Notes under the pieces: generated by a model
The model's database searches: none
Told to the model about the DNA's origin: nothing
The model's input: only the letters and a program-made list of their open reading frames with translations
Source: Candidatus Micrarchaeota archaeon
GTDB lineage: Archaea > Micrarchaeota > Micrarchaeia > Micrarchaeales > CABMGC01
Assembly: GCA_028866935.1 (NCBI GenBank)
Contig: JAGWHH010000001.1
Span: forward strand, 1 to 51,624
Length of the DNA stretch: 51,624 nucleotides
Reading direction: 5' to 3'
In this document: piece by piece, positions 1 to 8,858 of the stretch
Layout: each line of letters begins with the position of its first letter
Position numbering within the stretch: position 1 is the stretch's first letter
Program-made: the position numbers and the translations under genes

Positions 1-88
1 TTTCTCTTTTAACTTCTCTTCCTGTCATTTTCAACATCAAGCTATATCAATCTGGAAGTCTAACCTCTCATTCTACAAACTGAGCTTA

Positions 89-949
89 ATGTCCATCCTC
101 TACGGAGTCATTTTCGGTGTAATCTCCCTTATAGGATACGGAATCTGCGACTACTACAATCCGATTGCATCAAGGAGGATAGGCATACTCGAGTCAAATC
201 TGCTGCTCAGAACCGTTACTACCTTGCTACTTCTTATACTCGCTCCGCTGTTCGTCAATTCAATTCCCCCATTCTCTACGGGTCTATTACTTATTGTTAT
301 AGCTGCTTCGATCTTCTCGTCATTGGGCATGCTTACATACAGCAAGAGCACAATAGACGCAAACATATCAATAAACGTAAGCATTGCAAATTCCTGGTCT
401 ATCGTCACAATAGCACTGCTTCTGATATTCCTCGGCACTCATGTTAGCCAATCAAGCGCAATATACATAGCAGTCATAATATTAGGGACTATGCTCGTAT
501 CAATGGAGCTTAAGGAGCTAAGGCATCTAAACTTCACAAAGGTCAGCAAAGGGGCGCCATATGCCTTCTTGGCAATGCTCTCGTGGGGCGCCGCCTTCTT
601 CTTCGGAATAATACTAATCGAGGATATCGGGTGGTTCCTCGCGTCCCTGTACCTTTCCATAGGGATGACCACGGTGTACATAATCGCATACTCAAGAACC
701 AAGCCAAAATATATAGATCCAAAGCCAGCATGGGCTGTAATATTGCTCTACGCAGTTTCTGTAACTGCAGGATCATTGGCCTTCGGAATCGGCGTACTAA
801 ATAACCCGCTCATAGTAACCCCCATAGCGGCCGCTTCGCCTGCAGTGACAATATTCATGGCTGTAGCAAAGCTCAAGGAAAAGCTTGAGCCAAATCACAT
901 ACTTGGCATATTTATGATTATTTTGGGCTTAGTCGCGTTATCGCTTTGA
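89..949 (+). CDS. DMT/EamA-like integral membrane transporter
   Basis: 286-aa ORF that is almost entirely hydrophobic, with about 10 predicted helices in two similar halves as in EamA/DMT permeases. No substrate can be inferred. Confidence 0.55.
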   Translation: MSILYGVIFGVISLIGYGICDYYNPIASRRIGILESNLLLRTVTTLLLLILAPLFVNSIPPFSTGLLLIVIAASIFSSLGMLTYSKSTIDANISINVSIANSWSIVTIALLLIFLGTHVSQSSAIYIAVIILGTMLVSMELKELRHLNFTKVSKGAPYAFLAMLSWGAAFFFGIILIEDIGWFLASLYLSIGMTTVYIIAYSRTKPKYIDPKPAWAVILLYAVSVTAGSLAFGIGVLNNPLIVTPIAAASPAVTIFMAVAKLKEKLEPNHILGIFMIILGLVALSL

Positions 950-1017
950 TGACACGTTAGGCATTAAAATAAAAGGATTGCCGTGCCTATATCTCTTGAC
1001 TTTTACTAGGTCTAATC

Positions 1018-1926
1018 ATGAAGGAGAGCCCAGAAGCAAAGAGAGCGCGTCTATTAGGTCTTGCAAAGGCCAGCGTAACAGGAGCCTATGCAAGCGGAGA
1101 GCACGCAATATCCCAGGCAATAGCTTCGTATAATGAGCTTGACAAGATGAGAAACCTTGTCAATGAGAAGCTGGAAGAATGGTACGGGATACACTTCCCC
1201 GAGCTACGTCTAGCAAATCAGCTTACTTATGCTAAATTTGTACTTCAGTTCGGCGCAAATAAGAAAGAAGCCAGTGAAGAGCAGCTTGCAGGGCTTCTTG
1301 GAAATGCCGCCAGCGCAGTTCATAAGCAGGCAGAGCAGTCAATGGGGCAGGAGCCTACAGAAGAGGAGTATGCTGCGCTTAAGGACCTCGCGCAGCTTGA
1401 GCTTGACATCGCAGAGAAGATGGAACGCCTAGACAAGTACCTTGAGAAGTCAACAAAGGCAATAATGCCCAATATCACTTACCTTATAGACTACAAGATT
1501 GCAGCCGAGCTTCTTGCAAGGGCAGGTTCCCTTAACAAGCTTGCATACATGCCTGCAGGCACGCTTCAGCTTCTAGGCGCAGAGAAGGCTCTGTTCAAGC
1601 ACCTAAAGTTCGGGTCAAAGCCTCCAAAGTACGGATCCCTGTTCAAGCTTCCACAGGTAAACACCGCAGGAAGGTTTGAGCGAGGAAGGATAGCAAGAGT
1701 GTATGCAACAAAGCTTGCAATCGCTGCAAGAGCAGACGGCATCTCAAAGAACTTCATAGCGCCACAGCTCAAGGAGCAGCTTGACAAGGCAATAGCCGCG
1801 CAGGCAAAGCACAAGCATAGGGAAGATACTTACCAGCAAGAAAGGCGCAGCGACCAGAGAGGAAGGTTCCAGTTCAGAAAAGGCAACAGGCAGCAGCAGC
1901 GCAACAGGGACTGGAAAAGAAGATAG
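1018..1926 (+). CDS. nop5: Nop56/58 (Nop5)-family C/D box RNP core protein, short form starting at the coiled-coil segment
   Basis: Nop-domain motifs are present: EWYGIHFPEL, LLGAEKALFKHLKFGSKPPKYG and RGRIARVYATKLAIAAR. The C-terminal tail is R/Q/K-rich. At 302 aa it is shorter than typical archaeal Nop5 and has no recognisable N-terminal fibrillarin-binding domain. Confidence 0.75.
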   Translation: MKESPEAKRARLLGLAKASVTGAYASGEHAISQAIASYNELDKMRNLVNEKLEEWYGIHFPELRLANQLTYAKFVLQFGANKKEASEEQLAGLLGNAASAVHKQAEQSMGQEPTEEEYAALKDLAQLELDIAEKMERLDKYLEKSTKAIMPNITYLIDYKIAAELLARAGSLNKLAYMPAGTLQLLGAEKALFKHLKFGSKPPKYGSLFKLPQVNTAGRFERGRIARVYATKLAIAARADGISKNFIAPQLKEQLDKAIAAQAKHKHREDTYQQERRSDQRGRFQFRKGNRQQQRNRDWKRR

Positions 1927-2348
1927 GCAGTTCAGTTTCATGCATCTAATTTTCATGGCATTAAAGGCTTCTTATTGCACAAGCACAAGACACGAAGTCC
2001 CAGTTATCTACATACCTTATTTTTCGCCAAAACTAAATATGCCACATTGGTTTTTGACCTATGCGCAAATAGTGGAAGTGGACGAATTATTCAACACAGC
2101 CAAGAAAACGGAAGGCGTATATATCAGTTAGACCATAATGTATATTGAGGACAGGATTCTAGAAATGCTGTCCGGATTACGGCGGTGGCCTTTGGCTTTC
2201 ACCTTGCCGTACTAAATTTGACTTTCAGCGCAAGCGACATCTTTAACTTATGCGCTAAATGGCGTATGTTTGTACGGCAAATCCCTAACTTTGCCAAAGT
2301 GAATACTAATATTTATAAGACTTCATTGTTAAAACAGAGTAATAGTGA

Positions 2349-4301
2349 TTGTGGATGGGAGTAGAAACTAACAAAGGTACTGTCACTGTTCAATCTGGGA
2401 AGGTAGAAGATTTTTCTTCTAATCCTATTCTCGCGCCTTATCATAGGACAATGAGCGATATAGAGAAGATGCCCATACTGGAAAGAACAAAGACGGTATG
2501 TCCCGAATGCAAGCTCATAGTAGACGGAACGATTTACAAGGACGGCGAGAACGTAATGATAAGAAAGCTCTGCGAGGATCATGGCTGGACAATAGAAAAG
2601 TACTGGGAAGATTATGACATGTACATAAAGATGAAGAATTACAATTATTACGGAAGGGGATTCGACAATCCAAACTATATAAACAAGGGAGAGAACTGCC
2701 CTTTTGACTGCGGAATGTGCGAGAGGCACAAGTCACATACTGGCCTTGCAAACGTTGTCATAACAAACAGGTGCCACTTGTCATGCTGGTACTGCTTCTT
2801 CTATGCAAAGGAAGGAGAGGCAATATATGAGCCTACAATCGATGAGATAGACCATATATTTAGCGTGCTAAGAAGCCAGAAGCCAATAGCCGCCAATGCG
2901 CTTCAGATAACGGGCGGAGAGCCAACAATGAGGGAAGACCTCGTAAAGATAGTCGAGATGGCAAAGAAGCAGGGATTTGACCAGATACAGCTTAATACTA
3001 CCGGAATCAACCTTGCCGCGCATCCGGAGATGGCGGTAAAGCTCAGGCACGCAGGAGTAAGCGTACTGTACATGAGCTTTGACGGGGTATCAAAGAGGGC
3101 CAATCCAAAGAATCACTGGGAGGCTCCTGCGACATTCGACGCATGCAGGAAGGCAAACCTCGGAATAGTGCTTGTCCCGACAGTTATCAGGACTATCAAC
3201 GACCACGAGCTTGGCACAATCATAAACTTCGCGCTAAACAACAGCGATGTCGTAAAGGCAGTAAACTTCCAGCCAGTATCTCTGGTAGGCAGGATGCCTT
3301 CCAGGCTCAGGGAGAAGCAGCGCATATCCATACCAGGAGCAATAAAGCTCATAGAGGAGCAGACTGACGGAGTAGTTGCAAAGGAGGACTGGTTCTCTGT
3401 TCCATACGTTGGTGGTATAAACAGGTTCATAGAGGCATTGACTGGCCAGTACAAGTACGATATGTCAATACACTTCGCATGCGGAGCCGGAACTTACATA
3501 TTCCAGGATCCTGATGGCAAGATAGTTCCAATTACAAGGTTCGTTGACTGCGCTGGTATGGTGGAGCATCTGCAGAGGGCGATAAATGAGATGGAAGGAA
3601 AGTCAAGGTTACATAGAAGGATAATTGCAATTAGGGCGCTTGCAGGAATGAAGAAGTATATAGATGCACAGAAGCAGCCAAAATCAGTAAACTTCCAGAA
3701 GCTGATTGCCTCAGTTGTACTTAAGCATGATTTTGCGACAATGGGCAAGTTCCAGCTAAAGTCATTGTTCCTTGGAATGATGCACTTCCAGGATGAATAC
3801 ACTTATGATATAAAGAGGGTAGAGAAGTGCGACATACACTACTCTATGCCTGATGGAAGAGTGCTTCCATTCTGCACGTTCAATGTATTTCCAGAAGTGT
3901 ACAGGGATAAGATACAAAGGCAGTATGCAATACCATCAAAGGAATGGAAGAACATGCACAATGACTGGTCATACGGAGCAGACAAGTACGTAAGGAACGT
4001 AAAGGAGATAGAGGCAACAGAGAGTTATGCAAAGGCCTACAACCAGATGATAAACTACTTCAAGCTGCCAATCAATGTTGCTGAAGCTGACGAGTTCGCA
4101 AGAAAGAAGGGGAAGCCAAGGGCTCGCGAAGTTGAGCAACCAGCGGTAATGACTGTAGCTCACGCGCACGGGCACGAACACGGCCACAGCCACTCATCAG
4201 GCGAGGAGTCGTCATGCGCTTGCGGAAAGAGCGGCGCAGATTCATGCGCTTGCGGAGGGCATAAAATGCCAGGAGGGTCTTGCGGCTGCGGAGGACAGTA
4301 A
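2349..4301 (+). CDS. tes: Radical SAM enzyme of the tetraether lipid synthase (Tes / GDGT-MAS, MJ0619-like) type with a His/Cys-rich C-terminal tail
   Basis: The N-terminus carries a Cys4 knuckle (CPEC...CEDHG). The radical SAM cluster motif is NRCHLSCWYCFF, followed by a GGEP SAM-binding motif. The ORF is 650 aa. The tracked start at 2349 is TTG; likelier starts are ATG 2355 or ATG 2451 (MSDIEKMPILERTKTVCPEC). Confidence 0.55.
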   Translation: MWMGVETNKGTVTVQSGKVEDFSSNPILAPYHRTMSDIEKMPILERTKTVCPECKLIVDGTIYKDGENVMIRKLCEDHGWTIEKYWEDYDMYIKMKNYNYYGRGFDNPNYINKGENCPFDCGMCERHKSHTGLANVVITNRCHLSCWYCFFYAKEGEAIYEPTIDEIDHIFSVLRSQKPIAANALQITGGEPTMREDLVKIVEMAKKQGFDQIQLNTTGINLAAHPEMAVKLRHAGVSVLYMSFDGVSKRANPKNHWEAPATFDACRKANLGIVLVPTVIRTINDHELGTIINFALNNSDVVKAVNFQPVSLVGRMPSRLREKQRISIPGAIKLIEEQTDGVVAKEDWFSVPYVGGINRFIEALTGQYKYDMSIHFACGAGTYIFQDPDGKIVPITRFVDCAGMVEHLQRAINEMEGKSRLHRRIIAIRALAGMKKYIDAQKQPKSVNFQKLIASVVLKHDFATMGKFQLKSLFLGMMHFQDEYTYDIKRVEKCDIHYSMPDGRVLPFCTFNVFPEVYRDKIQRQYAIPSKEWKNMHNDWSYGADKYVRNVKEIEATESYAKAYNQMINYFKLPINVAEADEFARKKGKPRAREVEQPAVMTVAHAHGHEHGHSHSSGEESSCACGKSGADSCACGGHKMPGGSCGCGGQ

Positions 4302-4330
4302 AACTACCAATCATTTTTGGTGCAAATTAG

Positions 4331-5026
4331 ATGGATCGACGTCAGATTGAACCGGAGCAGAGTGGATTCCTTAAGGACCTTAACGAAGACACTTCAGACT
4401 ACAACGACATTGTTGAGTACAAGGGAAAGCACTACAGGGTTCCATACAAGATGGTCAAGGAAATGGTAGTGACAAACCTCAGCAAGCAGGAGCTGATAGA
4501 CATTGAGCATACTGCCAGACTTCAATACAGACTCCTTCTGATTGATTCAATACTAAAGGCAAAGATAGAGTTCATACACGGTAAGATGATCATAATATAC
4601 AATCCCAAGGAGTCGCCAAACAGGAAGGACAAGATAAGCACAGATGAAATAATCCAGTTCCTTGCAAAGGAAGGTGTGCATGTAGATAGGAGCATGATAG
4701 CAGAAAGGGACGTCGATTACTTTGAAGAGATATATAAGCCACAGTTCGAGCCTGCAACAATACGCGAGCATGCTCCATACGGATACACGCTTGAGGAATG
4801 GAGGAAGATCAAGCCTGAGTGGATAAAGCAGATGCAGAAGTCAAAGACCGAGAAGTGGGACAAGTTCAGGGCGTTTCAAGACAGCTACCTCGAACAGCAC
4901 CCTGAGCTTTGGAGCGAATACGGATTTGCTCCAAAGGGAAAGAAGCTCTCTTTAATGGACCGAATACTTGGAAGGAAGGCAAATAAGGATGAAAAGGAGA
5001 AAGGATTCTGGTTCCACGGCGTATAG
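4331..5026 (+). CDS. Hypothetical protein, charged and soluble
   Basis: 231-aa ORF with coding-like composition, starting 30 nt after the Tes-like gene on the same strand. No motif recognised. Confidence 0.5.
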   Translation: MDRRQIEPEQSGFLKDLNEDTSDYNDIVEYKGKHYRVPYKMVKEMVVTNLSKQELIDIEHTARLQYRLLLIDSILKAKIEFIHGKMIIIYNPKESPNRKDKISTDEIIQFLAKEGVHVDRSMIAERDVDYFEEIYKPQFEPATIREHAPYGYTLEEWRKIKPEWIKQMQKSKTEKWDKFRAFQDSYLEQHPELWSEYGFAPKGKKLSLMDRILGRKANKDEKEKGFWFHGV

Positions 5027-5030
5027 CCAG

Positions 5031-6299
5031 TTAAGCAACAGCAAGTTTGCGGCCCTTCACCAAATGTTCCCTATGTGATATATTCTCTTTTCTAACAATA
5101 TCTGGGTATGCTTCTATTGCAGCAACCAGCCTGCATACATTGCCCTGCACTGTAACTGATCTTGGATCTGATTTCTCATCGCACCTTAGCGCTCTTCTGA
5201 AGGCTTCCCTCTGCAATCTAGCATAGTATTCAGTTGAGTTAGTTGTTAACATCTCCGCTATCGGATTGCCGTTAACAGAATTATACATAAGATGACTTCC
5301 TTGCACGAAAATGTCACGTGCCTCTGCGCAGTGCGCAGCCATTATGTCCACCATGCCTCTCATAGTATTTCTCTTCCATTGGCGCTCTTCGTAAAAGAAT
5401 CCCTGTCCATTTTCAAATACCAAACTATATATCGAATCTGATAAGGAATTGTCCCCTGTGACTGTATTGGGCATTTCAGAGGCACGGAACAGCCTTGTAG
5501 CAGTAGTCTGGTCTTGATGAGGCAATACTATTATAAAAACATCCTCATTCGTTTTTCCAATCACCTTTCCATCACTGCTTATGCTCGTGAATCCACAAAC
5601 CCCCTCAAACTCACCTCTAAGATAATGTTCTGTGTCGTAATCTGACGGAATAACCACAATTCCATATTTCATCGATTCAGATGCAGCCAAACGCAGCTGA
5701 TGCACAATCATAGCGGCTGAAGCTTCCTGAGACGTATAACACACACCTATTTTACTACAGCTATCAAGGATTCGACTAATACGCGTCCCTTTTCTATACT
5801 TTGCATTCTCAGTGATTATATCACGTATATTTTCCTTAGGAATAGGCAACTTATCCTTGCAGTAAGGGGCATATAACATCGGCGCCCCCATTCCATAGCG
5901 ACCCACGACCATGTCCTCATTATTTTTGCGCACACGCCCATTCCGATTTCCATTGTCGTACATTCCAGGAACTACCAAAATCCCCCGGTCTTCTATATGG
6001 TCTTTATCAAATTCCCTTACATATATATTCATCATATGTTCTTCTTCTAAAAGCCTTGCCACTACGTTTATTTGCAATGCCTCAATATTACTGGTGTGTC
6101 TTTTATAATCAAACACGTTGACGTCCGGAAAGATGATTTTAGCTTTTTGTGCAACGTTCACCTCACCTACATAAATTACCGCATGCCCCTCATTTGACAG
6201 AGATTCGCCTATCTTTACTGCAGCTACTAAGTCTCCAAATCCGCCCAATTGCGGTATGCCTATACGTACGTCCATATCATCTCTACTGAAGAGCCTCAT
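5031..6299 (-). CDS. Hypothetical protein, possibly a GT-B-like glycosyltransferase fold (EarP-like motif pattern)
   Basis: 422-aa ORF in a visibly AT-richer stretch. The N-terminus reads IGIPQLGGFGDLVAAVKIGESLSNEGHAVIYVG and a later segment reads NTVTGDNSLSDSIYS...GQGFFYE. This resembles the xFGDIGV / RGEDSxVRA pattern of EarP-type GT-B enzymes. The resemblance was judged by eye only. Confidence 0.3.
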   Translation of the reverse strand: MRLFSRDDMDVRIGIPQLGGFGDLVAAVKIGESLSNEGHAVIYVGEVNVAQKAKIIFPDVNVFDYKRHTSNIEALQINVVARLLEEEHMMNIYVREFDKDHIEDRGILVVPGMYDNGNRNGRVRKNNEDMVVGRYGMGAPMLYAPYCKDKLPIPKENIRDIITENAKYRKGTRISRILDSCSKIGVCYTSQEASAAMIVHQLRLAASESMKYGIVVIPSDYDTEHYLRGEFEGVCGFTSISSDGKVIGKTNEDVFIIVLPHQDQTTATRLFRASEMPNTVTGDNSLSDSIYSLVFENGQGFFYEERQWKRNTMRGMVDIMAAHCAEARDIFVQGSHLMYNSVNGNPIAEMLTTNSTEYYARLQREAFRRALRCDEKSDPRSVTVQGNVCRLVAAIEAYPDIVRKENISHREHLVKGRKLAVA

Positions 6300-6342
6300 A
6301 TTTAATCCTTAGTTTTCGGTCTAGACTACCTTTAAAAGAAGG

Positions 6343-7719
6343 TTACTTCAAAGAGTCTATAATGAAGCGTATCACTCCTTTCTTATCGCGCTTGTCCCTT
6401 AGTTTTATTGTTGCAGCTGCCCTGTGCCCGCCTCCACCTTCTATATAACTGCCATACTTGTCCTTCACATTTGCTATCACATCGAGAAGGCTGAGCTCTT
6501 TAGAAAGTGTTTTGTCAAGGCGCATAAGTAGATAAGCTCCAACATGCACTATTACCATGATATTTTCACCATCCGTCTTCCTAACCTCACCAAGCAGCTT
6601 GGATGAGAATCTTCCCGGCAGTGGATACTTCGTATCGTCGGAACGGACATCTTCAAAATCAAGAAGGAAGATCTTGAAGTTTTTGCCCTTGTACTGCTTC
6701 AAAGCCTTCATCCCTTTATCAATGGTCTCGCTAAGCTGCACATTTGCATATGCAAGAAGCTCAGAGAACTTTTCTTTATTGTTCAAGATTGATTCAAACT
6801 CCTGCGGAGTTACATTTGACTTGTTTGGCCCGAAAGCTATCCCAAGATCGCTTGTAAGAAGGTCAAAGATTGTTGACACGTCGCTACCTTTCCCGTCTAT
6901 GTCGGCATACTCGCTGTAATCTCCTATAAAAGACGCATTCTCTATTTCGGACGTATTCAAATTTGAAAACGTTTTTGCAAATGCACTTGCAAGAAAGCCC
7001 GCAGTATAATTAGAATCTCCGTCATGCAACCATGGATTCACGTAATGGTCAAGCTTTTTCCCATCAAAATCCTCCATTACGGGATGGTGGTCCAGCCAAA
7101 TTATGTCAAACTTCCCAGAGATTGCATCTATGCCGCTGTTGCTGTCGGTAGTAGTTCCAAAATCTATAATCATTAGGAGAGGTTTTTCTACGGATTCATA
7201 ATTATTTGAGAGCAGTATGTCATTTTCAGCATCCTGCCTGGTATACGATACGCCCTTGTTCATGATCCAGATGATGTTGTGTGCAAATGTAGCCTTTTTT
7301 GAGAGATCTTTTATAGCCAGGTATAGCGAGTAAGCCCCGCTTGATCCATCTGCATCGTTATGAAAGCGCACAAAAATAGGCGCTCCCAGCATTAACCTCC
7401 TCAAAAAGAGAGATGATGCTGCCAGGAGATTTGGCCACAATTTCTCAGTGACCGCATCAATTTGCTTTATGGACTTCTTATATGGGTCTTTCCGAGTATT
7501 ATCTGCTATAAACTCTTTAAGGGCAGAATGTACCTTCTTCTCAAAGCTGCTGTCTTTGTCTTCAACAGTAATCTTCCCGTTAATTTTTGCTATATCTCCT
7601 AACGATAATACAAGATTATTGTTAAATGCTACTGATTTGAAGACGCCATCAGTCCCAGAGATGGTGTAAGCATTTCCAGACTGGCCTCCATGCTTTATGC
7701 ACGATATAAATCCCCTCAT
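6343..7719 (-). CDS. DHH/DHHA1 family phosphoesterase (RecJ-like, possibly HAN-like with an N-terminal extra domain)
   Basis: DHH motifs are present: FHNDADGSSGA, IIDFGT and IWLDHHP. The DHHA1 motif is GGGGHRAAAT. The tracked start is TTG 7728, which overlaps the upstream stop; ATG 7719 (MRGFISC) is more likely. Confidence 0.75.
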   Translation of the reverse strand: MRGFISCIKHGGQSGNAYTISGTDGVFKSVAFNNNLVLSLGDIAKINGKITVEDKDSSFEKKVHSALKEFIADNTRKDPYKKSIKQIDAVTEKLWPNLLAASSLFLRRLMLGAPIFVRFHNDADGSSGAYSLYLAIKDLSKKATFAHNIIWIMNKGVSYTRQDAENDILLSNNYESVEKPLLMIIDFGTTTDSNSGIDAISGKFDIIWLDHHPVMEDFDGKKLDHYVNPWLHDGDSNYTAGFLASAFAKTFSNLNTSEIENASFIGDYSEYADIDGKGSDVSTIFDLLTSDLGIAFGPNKSNVTPQEFESILNNKEKFSELLAYANVQLSETIDKGMKALKQYKGKNFKIFLLDFEDVRSDDTKYPLPGRFSSKLLGEVRKTDGENIMVIVHVGAYLLMRLDKTLSKELSLLDVIANVKDKYGSYIEGGGGHRAAATIKLRDKRDKKGVIRFIIDSLK

Positions 7720-7724
7720 TGATC

Positions 7725-8807
7725 TCAACCGCTGCTTTCATTTACTGAATATCCATTTGTCACTGTAAGCACGCAATCCCCATTTATGCTCGCATTCTTT
7801 ATGTAGCTGCAATATGCCGTATTGTTGTATCTCTGGGCCATGCTGTAATAGCATTGGTTTGAGTAATTAAGCGGCAGTTTGCTGCAAACAGTAACATTCC
7901 CATTGGCCAGTGCATTAAGGTACGCAGTTGTATAGTTGCAATTGCCCATTGTCTGATTCTGAACACACTGGTTAAAAAGTGCGGTGTAGTTAACTGCCGG
8001 TGTAGAGGTGGCGTTCACAGCACCAAAATGTGTTGCAGTGATGTCACACAGGGCAGTTAAAGTATTTGAAACGTTATTGCAGTAAGCGCTATCCTTGCTA
8101 TCGTATGCAAGTGATATGTAGCAGGCATCCTTAGCGCCTATGGTCAGGTTTGAAAAAGTAGCATAGCCAACTATCTGTGTAATGTTAGATGCCTGTTGGG
8201 CGTATTGTCCTGCAAGTCCAAGCGCTGCCACAGTAACATTTGTATCATTGTTGCTCGGTATCTTCGCGCAGTTCGTTGCATTGTTGCTTGCTATGCCTTG
8301 ATAGAAATACGCTACTGACAAGCAATCCGCATCTGCGGAAGAATTTATTAGCACACTGCACGCCGCCGGCATCTTCCTACTAACGGCTATTAGCTCTGCG
8401 CACGCAGCAGACCCACGGTTAAGATTTTTGCATAAATTTGGATTGCCTGTTGCATTTGCTATGAATATTGTGCAATCGTTTGATGTTGCATTATTTGATA
8501 TCTTGCCGCATATGGTCTGGTTTAATTTATATTCTGCGATTGCCTCATAGCACGTATCTGCATAGTATGAAGGAAGCTGGGAACACATTGCGCTATTTGA
8601 TGTTGCATACGCAACCTGCTGTATGCAGTTATAGTTCTGATCCTTGTTTATTCCCGTGCATATGCCCGGTTTTGCTGTAAAATTAAGCAGAATTGTTGAG
8701 ACAAAAGCAATCACAACCAGTGCAGCGGCTATTAATGCGTAAAGTCTTATGTTTTCATCGCTGCTTTTTGGGTTTGATTGATTTTCCTTTGACTTTTTTG
8801 AAGCCAA
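7725..8807 (-). CDS. Membrane-anchored, Cys-rich, N-glycosylation-sequon-rich repeat protein
   Basis: 360-aa ORF with one N-terminal TM helix (LYALIAAALVVIAFVSTILLNF). The ectodomain has 20 Cys spaced about 10-13 residues apart in a repeating C-x-x-L/I...C-x-x-I/V-A pattern. Many N-x-S/T sequons. Confidence 0.6.
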   Translation of the reverse strand: MASKKSKENQSNPKSSDENIRLYALIAAALVVIAFVSTILLNFTAKPGICTGINKDQNYNCIQQVAYATSNSAMCSQLPSYYADTCYEAIAEYKLNQTICGKISNNATSNDCTIFIANATGNPNLCKNLNRGSAACAELIAVSRKMPAACSVLINSSADADCLSVAYFYQGIASNNATNCAKIPSNNDTNVTVAALGLAGQYAQQASNITQIVGYATFSNLTIGAKDACYISLAYDSKDSAYCNNVSNTLTALCDITATHFGAVNATSTPAVNYTALFNQCVQNQTMGNCNYTTAYLNALANGNVTVCSKLPLNYSNQCYYSMAQRYNNTAYCSYIKNASINGDCVLTVTNGYSVNESSG

Positions 8808-8858
8808 ATAAACTACCCCGGCAAGAATAAGGTTTTCAAGCTATATAACTGTATATGC

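Noticed and set aside
1-28. Possible 5' end of a minus-strand gene (ATG at 26..28, MTGREVKRE...) running off the window start
   Set aside because: Only 9 codons are visible, which is too short to support any call.
154-804. Antisense or overlapping ORFs inside the transporter gene (154..438, 439..702, 543..776, 583..804)
   Set aside because: They are shadow ORFs of the 286-aa membrane-protein frame. Their composition is Arg/Ser-rich and non-protein-like.
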